64,000 nt of DNA from Saccostrea echinata (taxonomy: Eukaryota): NCBI RefSeq assembly GCF_033153115.1, contig NW_026889763.1:13144001-13208000 (forward strand). The letters run 5' to 3'. The translations under genes were made by a program, and so were the position numbers. The notes below the pieces were generated by a model. It worked only from the letters and a program-made list of their open reading frames with translations, was not told the DNA's origin and did no database searches. Shown one piece after another: positions 39,726 through 52,550 of the stretch (position 1 is the first letter of the stretch; the number at the start of each line of letters is the position of its first letter).

Positions 39726-39752
39726 AAGATTATATCATTGGAAAGTTAGATG
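39726..39752 (+). CDS. Candidate 27-nt phase-1 micro-exon of STAND gene 2 (DYIIGKLD)
   Basis: Long poly-T then tacag acceptor, gtacac donor, frame-compatible with the 44514 exon. Confidence 0.3.
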
Positions 39753-40332
39753 GTACACATGTAGCACAGGCCCATATAGTACGCGGGATTTTTTTCGGAG
39801 CTCCCCCCCCCCCCTTCACTTTGAAAACGTTGCTACAGGCCTGTAACATGCTATTTGGTTTAAATATTCCTGAAAATGAACGAGGTGTTAAATACATTTT
39901 TAAAATTATACGATTAATTATATTTAGTCTATGTTCTATGTGAAATTAAAACTATTTTTAGCGACTTTGTGATAGTCACTACATGCATCTACATCTAACG
40001 TTATATATGAACATGCAGTTTGTTTCCTAGTACATGCATATTTTATTCAACAAAAGATGTTGAAACTCAGTAGCCTAAATATTTTGTCGTTTTAGGATAT
40101 TTATGGCACTTTTATTATGACTTTCTACAGCTTGAGTATCTCTGACGTTTTGTCAGTAAATACTTGTTTTTTTTATTAGAAATCATCTGAGCACAATGAA
40201 AATTCGAATAAATTAAAAGTCGAATATCTTGGATATGGGGTAACCCATATCTATTCTTGTTTACTATCAACTTCAGAGTACTTGTGTGTACAATCGGAAA
40301 GTTTTTAACAAAAGAATTTTGCAAATGACCAC

Positions 40333-41010
40333 TGACTTGACTTATTTGACTTATTCCTGTTCTCTCCTTGAGGAACATAGGGCCACAACCACACCGCGGA
40401 AGCGGATTCTCTTTTGGGCTACATTTTTTAAATTGGGTCCTTGTAAAACCTGCTTCTTTTGCCTCCATTTCCACGGATTTTCTACAGCTTTGCCTGGGTC
40501 TTCCAATCTTCCTCTTTTCTCGTGGGTTCCAATCAAGAGCCTAGATTTGTGATGTTGTCTGGAGATTTACGTAATGTGTGGCCTATGCATCCCCACTTTC
40601 TCTTTTTTATATCAATGTAAATGGGATTTTTGTTGGTTCTCTCCCATAGACTGTTGTTTGATATAGTGTCGGACCATGTGATGTCAAGGATAAGGCGGAG
40701 ACAATTATTGAAATTATTGATGAAAGACTGTAGCTTCCTATCTATTGTTTTTTTTACCTTCCAGGTCTCAGAACCATAGCAAAGAACTACTTTGACATTT
40801 GTATTAAAATCTTGATTTTGCTGTTGATGGAGAGTGCTTTAGAGTGCTTTTGAATTCTAGATTTGTCTGAGGGTATTGAAAGCTTGTTTTTTCTTATTAA
40901 CTCGGCTTTTATCATCGTCATCTACGCCACTGTTCATGTTGACGATACTCCCAATATAAGTGAATATGTCAGTTTCTCTGATGTTCTCTCCATTTAACTA
41001 GATTGATACC
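40333..41010 (-). mobile_element. RTE-clade LINE 3' fragment
   Basis: [45 protein letters not shown]; short tandem (taagtcaa) tail. Confidence 0.85.
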
Positions 41011-42354
41011 TCAATGACTAATGACAAGGTAGTCAAATTAACGAGTTCCATTTTTATTGAAAAAGCAGCTGTCTATAATGTCAAAAAACCAGGACTTTAT
41101 TTTATCGTGGGAAATGGTTGTATAAAGTGTTGAAAAGTCGATGTTTGATGTTATTAATTTCGGTAAAAGTTTGTGAATTTAACTTTTCTAAAAGTTCCTT
41201 TGAGTTTTTTAAGTATCTATATCTGATTTACAGCACTTCTAGAATATATTGTCTGACAGTACCCCTGAAGTTTCTCCTTCACTGCTGTTAATATTTTAGT
41301 GAGAGGTAAAGAAAGGGGCTTTGTAGAACATTAACTGGAACCCGCTATGCACCTTTGTTTGAAAGGTTTTTCATTAAGTTTAGGAATCCAGTATAGGCAT
41401 GGTAATTCAAATTCTATGCTATAGAAAACATAGCAACTTTATGTTTTGGAAATTTAAACCGTCTTTTAATTGCTTAATTTACATCTTTAATCTCGAAATT
41501 CGAATTTCGATTCTCATATTTAGAATTTCGTATTTCGAAACTAGAATCTCGAATGAGCCTTCTGGGCTCTTAGCTTACCATACCGATACCGATGAAATAA
41601 GTGAATCATATCTATCAATTAAGTGCAAATACGTAAAACATGATATTGAAATGAAAATATTGAAACGATTGCAACTTATCTTTTTCTTTGCGGAGAAAGA
41701 TTAGCGGATATGTAAGGGATATCTTATTTCATAATGTTCATATCATCTTTCAGCACTTTATATCAACATCTTTTGGAGGAAAATACACAACTAAGTATTG
41801 ACTTATTTGGTTCCTTCGTGTCCGGGGTCTATTTGTTTTTTTAATTTCAATAGTTTTGATTAAATTGGTACAGATGTCATAATTCCAAGTAAAGATCAAT
41901 AATCAAAGTAATGATTAATTCATGTCACAACCAAACACGACAATTATGTTTTGAAGGTCTACATATCATTGACGTATAATTGACATATTCCAATACAATT
42001 AAAAGAGATCAGATAATACGAGCTACATGTGTATATATACATTTAAGGCTTGAATGCATAATTTGATAACCCTTTTAACGAGCTAGAAGTCTCTAATCTG
42101 GGATTTTCCAACTTGTCAGTTCATATGTTTATCAAGATCTTTTATCTAGTGTATATAAACTTTGATTCATAGCAAGCTGGATCATGTATGTTTACTAAGA
42201 TAAGGAAGATTATCACAAAAAAAGTTTGATATGTATTTGGTGCACATTTCAAATTTTATAATCAAATTATCAATAAAATAACAGAAGAAGAACTCATTAA
42301 AAAAAACAAACAAACAAACAAATGGATTTTTTTATAATGACGCAGGTTAGTTAA

Positions 42355-43054
42355 GGCTAGGTATAGGCATTTCTATGCAAATAATCTAATTAAAATGCCT
42401 AAGGACTATATCTATTATACAGGGAAAGTTAAAACTTATCTAATACATACTTGGTACCCACGACATGAGATGGCCAGTACACATTATGACGTCATATTAT
42501 GACGTCATTGTTCGTTACTACACACGATTATAATGGATATCAACAAAAATGCTTCGGCGCAAGGGCATGCTCTATTTTATTTAACTGAAACTAGGTATAT
42601 TCAGAAGCCAAATATTACAAAGTTTGCTGGTATTGCTGCACAAATATCAACAGCTCAGTTGTATAATTTCTATTTGTGAAGTTTTAAATTGAATAAGGGT
42701 AAAAACGTACAGTCCGGTATAAGTTTCCTCAAATTCCGATCAAATGAGAAAATGTCTAGGATTTGTGCAGCAGTTTTATTAATCTATATAATATTCTTCT
42801 TAGCATTATAGAATTTTTATGTAAAAATAAATAGGGTAATCCCTTGCGCCGAAGCTGTTTTGTTGATGGGTTTCATAACCTCCAGTAGATAAGATCAGTG
42901 ACGTCTTACTATGACGTCATAATGTGTACTAGCTATAATATATCGTGGGTACTAAGAATTCTTAAGAAAATAAATTAACACTTTCTCTGAATAATAAATA
43001 TACCTTTTATGCATTTTTATTAGCTCATTTGCAGAGAAACGCCTATGCCTAGCC
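42355..43054. mobile_element. MITE with TTAA TSD and GG..CC termini (Kolobok-like)
   Basis: TTAA|ggctaggtataggc...gcctatgcctagcc|TTAA; imperfect TIR ~215 bp (gcttcggcgcaaggg vs cccttgcgccgaagc). Confidence 0.82.
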
Positions 43055-44513
43055 TTAACTCACATGCGGAGAAAAATATCACTAATTGAAATTTTTATAT
43101 ACACAGAAGACCGACAAGAGTGTGTACTTTTGAATTCATATCTTAGAAAAAAAACTAGAGTGTTCTAGAAAAAAAAGCGTTTGTCGCCTTCAAAAGCAAA
43201 ACCATTAAGAATAAAAAGTGAAAAACATGCTGTTTGTTTGAATATTAATATTATTGTTTTTGCTTGCACCGGAAGAAAAGAGGAATACTCGTGGATAAGA
43301 AAAGAAACACTATATAGACTAATCATCATACGAACTATAGGAATTTAAATAGCCAAATATAAATTAATGTCCTCGGGTCATAACATCCTATATATATATT
43401 ACATGTATATTTATCTTCAAAATCCGAAGTACCTTCCAAAATAAAAAAAAACTAAATTGTCCTCGAAAGAAGGCCAAATTCCAACGTCAAGAGGACTAGA
43501 GTTCTGAATTTTTCAATAGGTCAAACAATTATGAACTAATTTGAAAAGCAAATCAAAGGTCAAGTTCGGTTTCACAAAGTCAGTTTCCTCGACGTTTAAT
43601 ACAAATCATTGAATCAAGCAATATTCATTAATGTATGAGCAATACATCAAAGCACTACCTCTTACAGTTAAAAAGATATTTGATATTTGACAGTCAGACA
43701 GACTGGCACTGGACATAGTGATTTTTAATTGTAAAAGAAATCTGCTTTATAAGCAACATAAAAAGAATCTGAACATCCCAAAATTATTATGTCTTTTTAC
43801 ATGTTTATGCTTATACAGTTAGATCTACATACACATTCTTTTTTTTCTTTTGAGCGCCATCTTTCCCATCATAATTTTAAAGAAAGGAAATCTTGATGAT
43901 CTTGCACGTACATTCATAATGTTTTCATCCAAAAGCTTATACAAATTATAAATCGATAGATCAGTGTACCTCTTGAAAAAAAAATCATTTTATGAATAGC
44001 GCTTGTATAGATTACTCTAAGGTTCTTAATTTCGGAATAATAATAATAAACATAAAAAACTCAATCAAAGAACACAATTGCACATATTAAAAGAGGGTAA
44101 CACTACAAATTAATTCAAACTTTGAAAAATACTTTATGTTAAAAAAGGCAGTGGATACATGTATAAGGGGCATTTGTCATGTTGTAAATTTTGTATTTAC
44201 TGCCACCCGGTAAATTCAAAATTTACAATATGACACATTTATCAATATGTTTTAACCTTGAACTATCTTTTGTCAATAAGTTTTAAAATTTGACCATGTC
44301 TTTAAACTACAAGGGTTGTAAACCAGATTGTTAAATGTAGTAATAAATGAAAAGTACACAATTGACTGCTCTTAAGATTTTTTTCTTAACCATATTTTTG
44401 TACTATAAAGAATAAATAAAAAAAGAGAAAATTTCAATAATGCAGTAAATTTCACAATTGATCAAATGCATTGAATAAATACGGAAATTTTGTAATATAT
44501 AGTATTTAATCAG

Positions 44514-44772
44514 TTAAACTATCTGACAAGATAAAGAGAAAGATAACATTAAATATCAACACATATAGAGAAATAAAAAAGTTTCGTGCACACCCATATT
44601 TGAAGAAGTGTGTGTATGAGGTGTTACTAGATACATTATGGGCTGCGCTTTTTATTTGTGAGAGAACTCTAATTGTTTCAATCAAATTATGCCCAAAAGG
44701 AATCGATTACACAGCATTTGCCGAGTTTTGTTACAAAACACTGAACAAAGTATATCTGGAACAAGAAAATGG
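44514..44772 (+). CDS. Candidate exon of STAND gene 2 (86 aa, 4 Cys, putative ectodomain part)
   Basis: aatcag acceptor just after an in-frame intronic stop; 259 nt open in AT-rich DNA; gtcagt donor, phase 2, matching the phase-2 acceptor at 46880. Confidence 0.55.
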
Positions 44773-44939
44773 GTCAGTATTTTTAAAATTATTTTTACAT
44801 TACTATTGAATCTTAAAGTTCAAAATATGGTACTGAAATGATGAAAATCAAATTATATTCTTTATTAATTATTGAATAATACAAAACTCCATGCCCTATC
44901 AAAGTGAAATCCTTCCCAAACTATGGTCTCAAAGGACCG

Positions 44940-45135
44940 ACGCTAATACCCTGTTCTTTCGGTGATAAGTGGATAAAAGACCTGAATTCCCCTAGATGGT
45001 GAACCGGTCTATCACAGGTTAACTTCCAGAGTAAGACGGTATCCATTAAAAGCTGAACGGACTGACACAATGAAGATAAAGTACTTTGTATAAGGAAATA
45101 ACACTGTATTCATTGCCCAGAGCGGATTTGAATGT
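44940..45135 (-). mobile_element. Decayed CORE-type SINE remnant
   Basis: ggtatccatt..agctg..ggactg..caatg..gataaagt..ttg..caagga resembles the reverse-complemented CORE domain. Confidence 0.4.
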
Positions 45136-46880
45136 AAAACGTTTAAATAACGAACAGAGTTCATTCTAAAAATTCTATAAAAAAGAAAATCGACCTTTCT
45201 GTTACTGGCTAAATGCTTATGATCACTGAGCCATAAGTAATTAACAATAAAAAGTCATGGTAGATAGCAAAACAATTTCTTGGTATTTTGCATTTCTGAA
45301 AAAAACTTTAAATTTTGGAATTAATAAATAAAAAAAATGCTTGCTAGACAGCACAGGAGTTCTTAATCGTAGCGTATCGTTTCTTCTGATTTTCTTTTTG
45401 TTTTAACTAGTTGTTATCCAACACATGGAAGAAATTTTGACAGTACTATGAGAGGGAAATATAGTGATAAATAAATAAAATCTAGATTTTTTTTTTTAAA
45501 AATCTTAAATACTTTCAGAGAAGGTAAACGAATGTCCAAGGACGTTTCAAGGCTGGTCTGAGTCCGCCAAGAATTGTCCTAATCATGATCATTATCACTG
45601 CTTGTTTAACGAGTACTCGGAGACTGTGCAAGGCTGCATAAAACCGATCTTGGTTGAAATAGGTAGGAATAAAGCTAATGTACATAACATACATATCTAT
45701 TTTCTTATTCACTAGTTAAATCACGTCTAAATTTGTGGTACATAAGGTACATAAAGCTAACAATGATTTGCCAATTAGAATAAAAACTTAACAAGAAAAG
45801 CTGTGCATTTTTAACCACGTAGGCAGACTAACAAATTAGAAAATGTTAATCTGTTTATAAACACATTTCTTCTTTAATGAAAGGGAAATGTCCACTTTTC
45901 AACTCAAGAGTTTCAAAATTAGACACAGAGAAATGTCAAAGTGAATGTCCAAGAGAGGTTTACGAATCATTTGAATTATATAAATGTAAGTAGAAAAAAG
46001 CATATAAATTTGAATGAGATAAAAGCAATGTATTTATATTTTAATGGTTTCAAAATACTTCCATATTATTTTAAACCAAGGTCGATAAATGCTACAAATC
46101 ACAGAGAGAAGAAGAGAGATTATTATCAAGTTTTAAATTGATGGAATAAAAATGCTTTGAAACGCGTCATGATATAGATCAATTTCATAATTATATGCAA
46201 TTTCAAAGAAATAGTTACATACTTTAGCAGGAGCTATATCCATTCAGAAATCAGTCTATAACATACAGAGTAAAATTATTTGTATAAATTAAATTTTCAT
46301 AGAAAATTTTGAACACCATGCATAGCATTATACATATTTGAGATCATAGGACATAAAGTTTTGATAGTCACTATCATTAACAGACATGTCAAGATGAATA
46401 AGCTGAAATGAATTTTAATTACATATTGTATTTATAATAAGCTTAAGCTTGTTTGGAGGGAGAACATTCTTTTTTTTCAACTATGCCTGTAGTATACACA
46501 GCATGCTTTGATAAAAATGATTGAACATGTTTCTGGATTAGTTTGTTTTGAATTAGCCATATAAAGAGATTTGTGTGCCACAATAAGAATATTGATGACA
46601 TTGAATTTTAAAACATTTTTTCATTTATGATATTTGAAGATCCAGTGTGCTTTTCAAATGGGAGGTCAGTATCAATTCAACTTCAATACAATCTTATTTT
46701 TTTTTAATTTAATTTAATTTTGTGTACACATTTTACAAATATCATTAAATAGATTACTAGAAAACTTGAATCTTAAATGAGCCTTCTAGGCTTTCGTACG
46801 TATTTCATATTTAGATTTAACATTATTGCAGTCTTCTTTTTTATCTACATATACTTTATGAAATCAAATTGGTTTTTAAG

Positions 46881-47047
46881 GTCGACTTCAGATTTGACAA
46901 CTTCCAATAACTACAACGATAGCATTAGTACGGAAGCAATTACCATAGCTAATGTCCAACATGCTAACAACCAAATCGTTTTGACTGCCGTGGTGTTCAT
47001 GATTTTTCTCTCAGTCTTTGCTATAGTGGCCATTTATAGACTAAGAG
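46881..47047 (+). CDS. Transmembrane exon of STAND gene 2 (S/T stalk + IVLTAVVFMIFLSVFAIVAIY + RLR)
   Basis: ggtttttaag acceptor (alternative ttcag at 46891), AG|gtatgg donor phase 1; 21-residue hydrophobic stretch followed by basic residues; NDS sequon upstream. Confidence 0.72.
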
Positions 47048-47775
47048 GTATGGATTCTTTAATTACCGCCAACTAAAATTTATCATAATTTGAAGGAAAA
47101 TATGTGGGAAAAATTTATATATGCACATTTCTTATCCACTGTATAAATAAATGCGACTTCATTATCAGATATCAATGGTAAAGTTAAAAAGGTTATTCAA
47201 AGAAACAAAGGGTTATTTGCATTTTGGCCAAACCTAATTTTACTTATCTTTAGATCTACATGTCAAGACCAAAAGAGCTATGCTATGATAACGTGTCCGT
47301 CTTCTGTTAAGCTGTTCGTCTGCCTGTCTTTCTGAATACCCTTTTCAAAATTCTACCCCCTTGTGTGTTTATTCCAGTATCAATAGTACTTGGTACACAA
47401 GTGGACAACGCCTCTTTGCAACATTCTATGATAAGTTTTGGGTTTCGATCCACGAAGTTGCCACTGTTGATACACCATGTGTTTGGCATGGATCGCTCTG
47501 GTATACTGATACTAATTACTTCGTTAAAAAAGCATATAAAAGTGATATAATGCTGGAAGAATCAATCTTTTATGCTTGTTGAAAATAAAACGTACAGTGG
47601 TAAAAATTGGTTGACACATGTTACCCAAAATACTGCCCATTGATAGGTTATATTTGCTAACAAGGTCAATATAAAAACCATAGAATTTACAAAATTTAAA
47701 TGAGGAGGTTGTTTATATCCCTTCAACATAAACTTCTCAGTCAGTAGTCTGCCTCGGTTAAAAAGATGTTGCTCT

Positions 47776-48498
47776 GCTACGTTAAGGAAGGCCTGAGTTT
47801 ACATGCTCACTCCTCCATGGCACCTGATCCCACCTCTGATGTTTGGAGGTCTGTGTTTGCTCTGCTTCTATTTTGTATTGTTTAATGGACTTTTGAGCTT
47901 GAATATTGTTCGTTATCTCCATATACTTCATCTGTGATGCAACATATGGGAAGTGTATACCTGATTAACCTCAAAAGTGCAAGGGCATAACCTAGACTGT
48001 TTGAGCTGAAATATGGAATGTCAATTGGATATATCATGTATATTTTGAAAAGTGGTGGGAGCTGATTCTGGTCTGCATATCATTGTTTTTATTCATGACA
48101 GAATTAAGCGAAGTGGAAATTTTGAGCTATTATACACATTTTCGGCAAAATTACAAGTATTACCGAATTAGCTTAAACTAGCTCCCAGCACTTTTTCGGG
48201 AAGCCGAAAATAAATCTTTTTTAATATGTATTATTTTTTTTACAAAACATGCGTATGCCCTTGCGCTAGCCTCATTTTCTATATTCAGCTGAACAATTCT
48301 ATTTTTATGCCAGTCACAGGACACACAGCTGATACGTGCAATATAATTGTTACTGAGAAAGCCACAAACATATCCATTATGGATATCTATATTAGCTTTC
48401 CTACATGTTCACAGTTACTTTGTTACAAAGATTTTTAAAAATAATACGTATTAAGAATGTACTAAGATCGCATTTTCCATTTCCTTCCTTAACGTAGC
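47776..48498. mobile_element. Possible MITE (16-bp TIR) containing a Penelope-like 3' fragment (47800..47930)
   Basis: gctacgttaaggaagg...ccttccttaacgtagc. Confidence 0.45.
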
Positions 48499-48649
48499 TG
48501 AGTGATACTCAAGGCATGCTCTTGAGTATCACTTCAGATTGGAGATATAAAAATGAAATGCAGATGATGGCAGAATATTACTACATGGATAAGGAAAGTT
48601 GATGATGAAAAAGCTGATCATCTCTTCAAATTCAATTGACCTGTTAGTT

Positions 48650-48990
48650 TGCCCTTATCGTCTTTAGTCAGGAAACGGATGTGGCGGACTCTGTGGAGTC
48701 TTCTCTTTCAAATTCACTGGAATAACTATTCGGAGTAGAAATATGAATGGAAGTTACTACTGTTAATTGATTCAACGTCCTTGATACATTTGAATATCGA
48801 GTTGAAGGCAAAAACAAGAGTGTTCTTCTTCTTATGAAGAAGTTTTTCCTTTATTTTCCACTATACAGGAATATAAAAAAGGTCGACTAATAAAGGAGCA
48901 CAATTAGTACCCATCGAAATTCCAACATTTTTTGGAAGACCGGATTTCAAAAGAAATTTAAATGTTGTCAATGAGGAACTCCAGTAAATG
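48650..48990 (-). mobile_element. Penelope-like RT fragment
   Basis: Similar to 57200..57540 (ggagcacaattagtacccatcgaaattccaac = decayed GIPMGTNCAP). Confidence 0.7.
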
Positions 48991-50384
48991 ACTTAAAGAA
49001 ACTTTATGGTTGTCATAATTTGTTTTCTGAGATTCCCCGTCATAAAACAGCACTTAAGCGCAAAAATAATTTGTGATGAATGTGTATTTATTCAACATAG
49101 ATACCAGTCCTTTAAGGTGTACTTTTAGCCGCTTTTCGAAGACTTATTGCAAAGTACCATTCAATACAATGAACCTCGATAATAATTTTTACTTTCCTAA
49201 TAATAATAAAAAAATGTTAATCTTGCTAAAGAAATTCTTGGAGGTCTATTAAAAGTGTTTTTTTTGTAGTTTTTAAGCATAAAAAGGATACAGATCCGGG
49301 TAAGAAGTTTTGTATTTCACAACTTAAATATGTAAAATATTATCATTTAATGTGAATCATTGATAAAATATATCAATCTTATGAGAGAAAATATGTCTGT
49401 GAATAATTAATACCAGTAAAAATGTTTTAGAAAAAAATATTATTTTCACAATGTTAGTTTTTCCTATGCCTTAATTAGTTTGAATTTGATTTAAAACTAC
49501 CTATAACGATCTTCTTGACATGACATCATGACAAGCATTAGAATAATTCTTGCTCTGCTCCTATTTTGTATTGTTTTATGGACTTTTGAGCTTGAATACT
49601 GTTCGTTATCTCCATATATTTCTTCTTAACGTTTGATAGTTCTGTTCATGTAGATATGCATAAAGGTTTTGAAATATCAAATTCCCAAGGACTTCCCAAG
49701 CATCATTAAGGATGAGGTCAAAAATGATTAAGCTTTAGTTCCAAGCGAATTATAAGCTTTATTTCTAAACGTTTAATATCTATTTTCAATAGCATTTAAT
49801 ATATTGTTATTACCCTAATATTTTGCAAAATTAACCTTCATTCTAATAACTTCCTTTAATCACGCTATAATTGAAGTACATACGATACTATATATTGATA
49901 CATTTTTGAATCTATATTTCCATTTGAAGTTATATGAGTTTCGACACCGTCAAATACAACCCCAGTTCATTTACAGATAACTTAGCTCTTTCTCGCCAAA
50001 TATGTCCACAATTATCATTACCAATAAATACGTAAAATTCATTGCTTCAAATCAAATTTTTAATTGATCATCCAAAGTCCATTTTTTTCGTTCTTTACAC
50101 CAAATAACACTTTTCTTTCTGCTTCATTGTCAGATGACCATCTTTTGAAGATGTCTATTGAAGCCTGAGTGAAAAAATTTCGCCATACAATTCTTTAGTA
50201 AAAAGTAGCATCCTTTGCCTCATTTAAAGAGCTGGTATTTTCATCCAATGTCCCCCTCCCAATGTTTTTTTTTTTTAAATTGTGAAACTTGCAACTTACT
50301 CTTCCATCATTTTCCCCTTGAGATTATTGCATCAATCTGCTACAAACGTTACATAATTAGGGACATTTTTTATCTTGTTTAATG

Positions 50385-50575
50385 ATATATGGAGATAACT
50401 AACAGCAATCAAGCTCAAAGTCCATTAAACAATACAAATCGGGAGTAGAGAAAACAGATTAACTTGTTTAGCAATAGTTTGCCTCGTTTTAGAAATTGTT
50501 CGTACGTAGAGCATACTCTTGCATATCAAGTCAACTGTCAGACATAAACCCCATATGCAGGTGATAAGGGTATAA
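50385..50575 (-). mobile_element. Penelope-like 3' fragment
   Basis: atatatggagataac..caagctcaaagtccattaaacaatacaaa; gtttgcctcgttttagaaattgttcgtacgtagagcat. Confidence 0.7.
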
Positions 50576-50973
50576 GATGCGTTTAGGACGTACAATTATG
50601 AAACGTGCTAAAAAAAAATGTATTCTCCTCTATTTGTTTACATGAAACGTGCTTCTACTAGACTTATTCTCCTCTATTTGTTTATATTTATAGATGGTGA
50701 ATCAGTAAAACCTTTGAATGAATATGGTAAGAATTGTATCATCCGGTTATAAATCATATACTTTGGGGAGGGGGGAACTAATAGAGTTCGAATCAGAATT
50801 TTCCATACTACTCTTTTTTTTTACCAGTTAAGTGTTTCTGATACCTTTTTTCACCCAAAATCTTGATATATCGTTATATTAAAAAATATACCGGTACAAG
50901 ATATCTTTTATTTGATTATATTTGCATTAAGAAATTGTTGAAAAATTCTTACTGAGTCAATTTTTTTCCCCAG

Positions 50974-51039
50974 AATTCAGCAGAATAAACGATATGACTG
51001 TTTATGACCCAGCTGTACTGGATAATTTCCTTTCAACAG
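50974..51039 (+). CDS. 66-nt phase-1 linker exon of STAND gene 2 (FSRINDMTVYDPAVLDNFLST)
   Basis: tttttttccccag acceptor, CAG|gtatgt donor, symmetric phase 1; joins the TM exon to the NTPase exon in frame. Confidence 0.72.
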
Positions 51040-51158
51040 GTATGTAAAAAATTGAATTGTTAAACTTTATAATCCTCGAATCAGGCCATGCAACTACCTA
51101 ATTGAATTTTGTACGATTTCCTAGTCCTACGGACGACGCTGCTTTTTTCATGTTATAT

Positions 51159-51588
51159 CCCTAACAAAAAAATACTATAGTTAACTATAGCTTACCATAG
51201 TTGACTATAGTTTACTATTGTTAACTATAGTAAAGCAAAGTGTCAAAGTGATTACTATAGTAAATCAAAGTTTTTAAAGTGATCACTATAGTGTCATAGT
51301 AATCACCATAGTACATCAAAGTTTTCATAGTGATCACTATAGTAAATCAAAGTTTTAATAGTGATCACTATAGTAAATCAAAGTTTTCATAGTTATCACT
51401 ATAGTAAATCAAAGTGTCAAAGTTGTCACTATAGTAAATCAAAGTGTCAAAGTTATCACTATAGTAAATCAAAGTGTCAAAGTTATCACTATAGTAAATC
51501 AAAGTTTTTATAGTGTCAAAGTTATCACTATAATTAACTATAGTAAAATATAGTAAACTATAGTTAACTATAGTATTTTTTGTTAGGG
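51159..51588. mobile_element. Foldback-like MITE with CCC..GGG termini and an internal 30-bp tandem array (CMC/EnSpm-like)
   Basis: ccctaacaaaaaaatactatagttaactatag vs ctatagttaactatagtattttttgttaggg; AT on both flanks; unit aagttatcactatagtaaatcaaagtgtca repeated ~8 times. Confidence 0.8.
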
Positions 51589-52099
51589 ATATAACATTAT
51601 GTTAAGCAAATAAATGAAAGGTTTGAAATTAATACTACAGTATACACTGTATCTTCCATATTTCATACTTATAGTCATCTTTATATATTTTATATAATGT
51701 GTTATCATATCGATATGATGTCGATGCTTATCAAATTTATTATCTGGATTCTTAATCTGGTTTAAAATTTTTTATGTACATGTATCAATTCCTTTTTCGA
51801 AAAGTTTCATTGAACGCTTAAAATATTTAGCAAGCGTAAAAATAATTTTATCTCATCTCACACAGAAAAAGTGGCAAAGCAATGTATCTTTGCACTATTT
51901 TTACTGTAATGAATGACAAAAATCTGTAAAAGAAAAAAAAAAAGTCAGTAGTGATGAATGACTATATAATAAAACAATAACCCGCAATCTTTTCATGTAA
52001 GTGCTTAAATTAAGAGCAGGCTTTTTGATATCATCAGTCATCTACAAAATTATTTGACGTAAAAATCAGTCGGGTACTACTTACAAATACTTAATTGTT

Positions 52100-52550
52100 G
52101 AAAAGATTCTGGAGTTCCTCAATGACAATATCTATGTAGTCTTTGGTGACCAGGTCTTCCAGCAGTGTTGGAATTCCGATTAGCACTATTGTGCTCCTTT
52201 ATAAGCCGGTTTGATTTAATTATTCCCATGAAGCAGAATTTATTCAAAACATTTTCATGAGAAAAAAGCTGTTGATGTGGCCTTCAACTCAATATTCAGA
52301 TATATCAATTAACCATAATCACTTTTATTTCATATCTAGACTCTTTATATCCCAAAGAAGTCGAAATAAAAGATACTACAGAGTTTGTCACATATGTTTC
52401 AAATTCGGTTGTTATAAATAATGATCAATAAATAAACCATATAAAATTATGGCCAACAATCAACTAAACTGTATGACAAACGGGATGACTTCAGGTTTTT
52501 TTCGTCATCCTCCCTTATTTACATATACATGTAAGTAGCAATATTCCACG
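52100..52550 (+). mobile_element. Penelope-like RT fragment
   Basis: LEFL.DNIYVVFGDQVFQQ, KLYDKRDDF. Confidence 0.78.
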
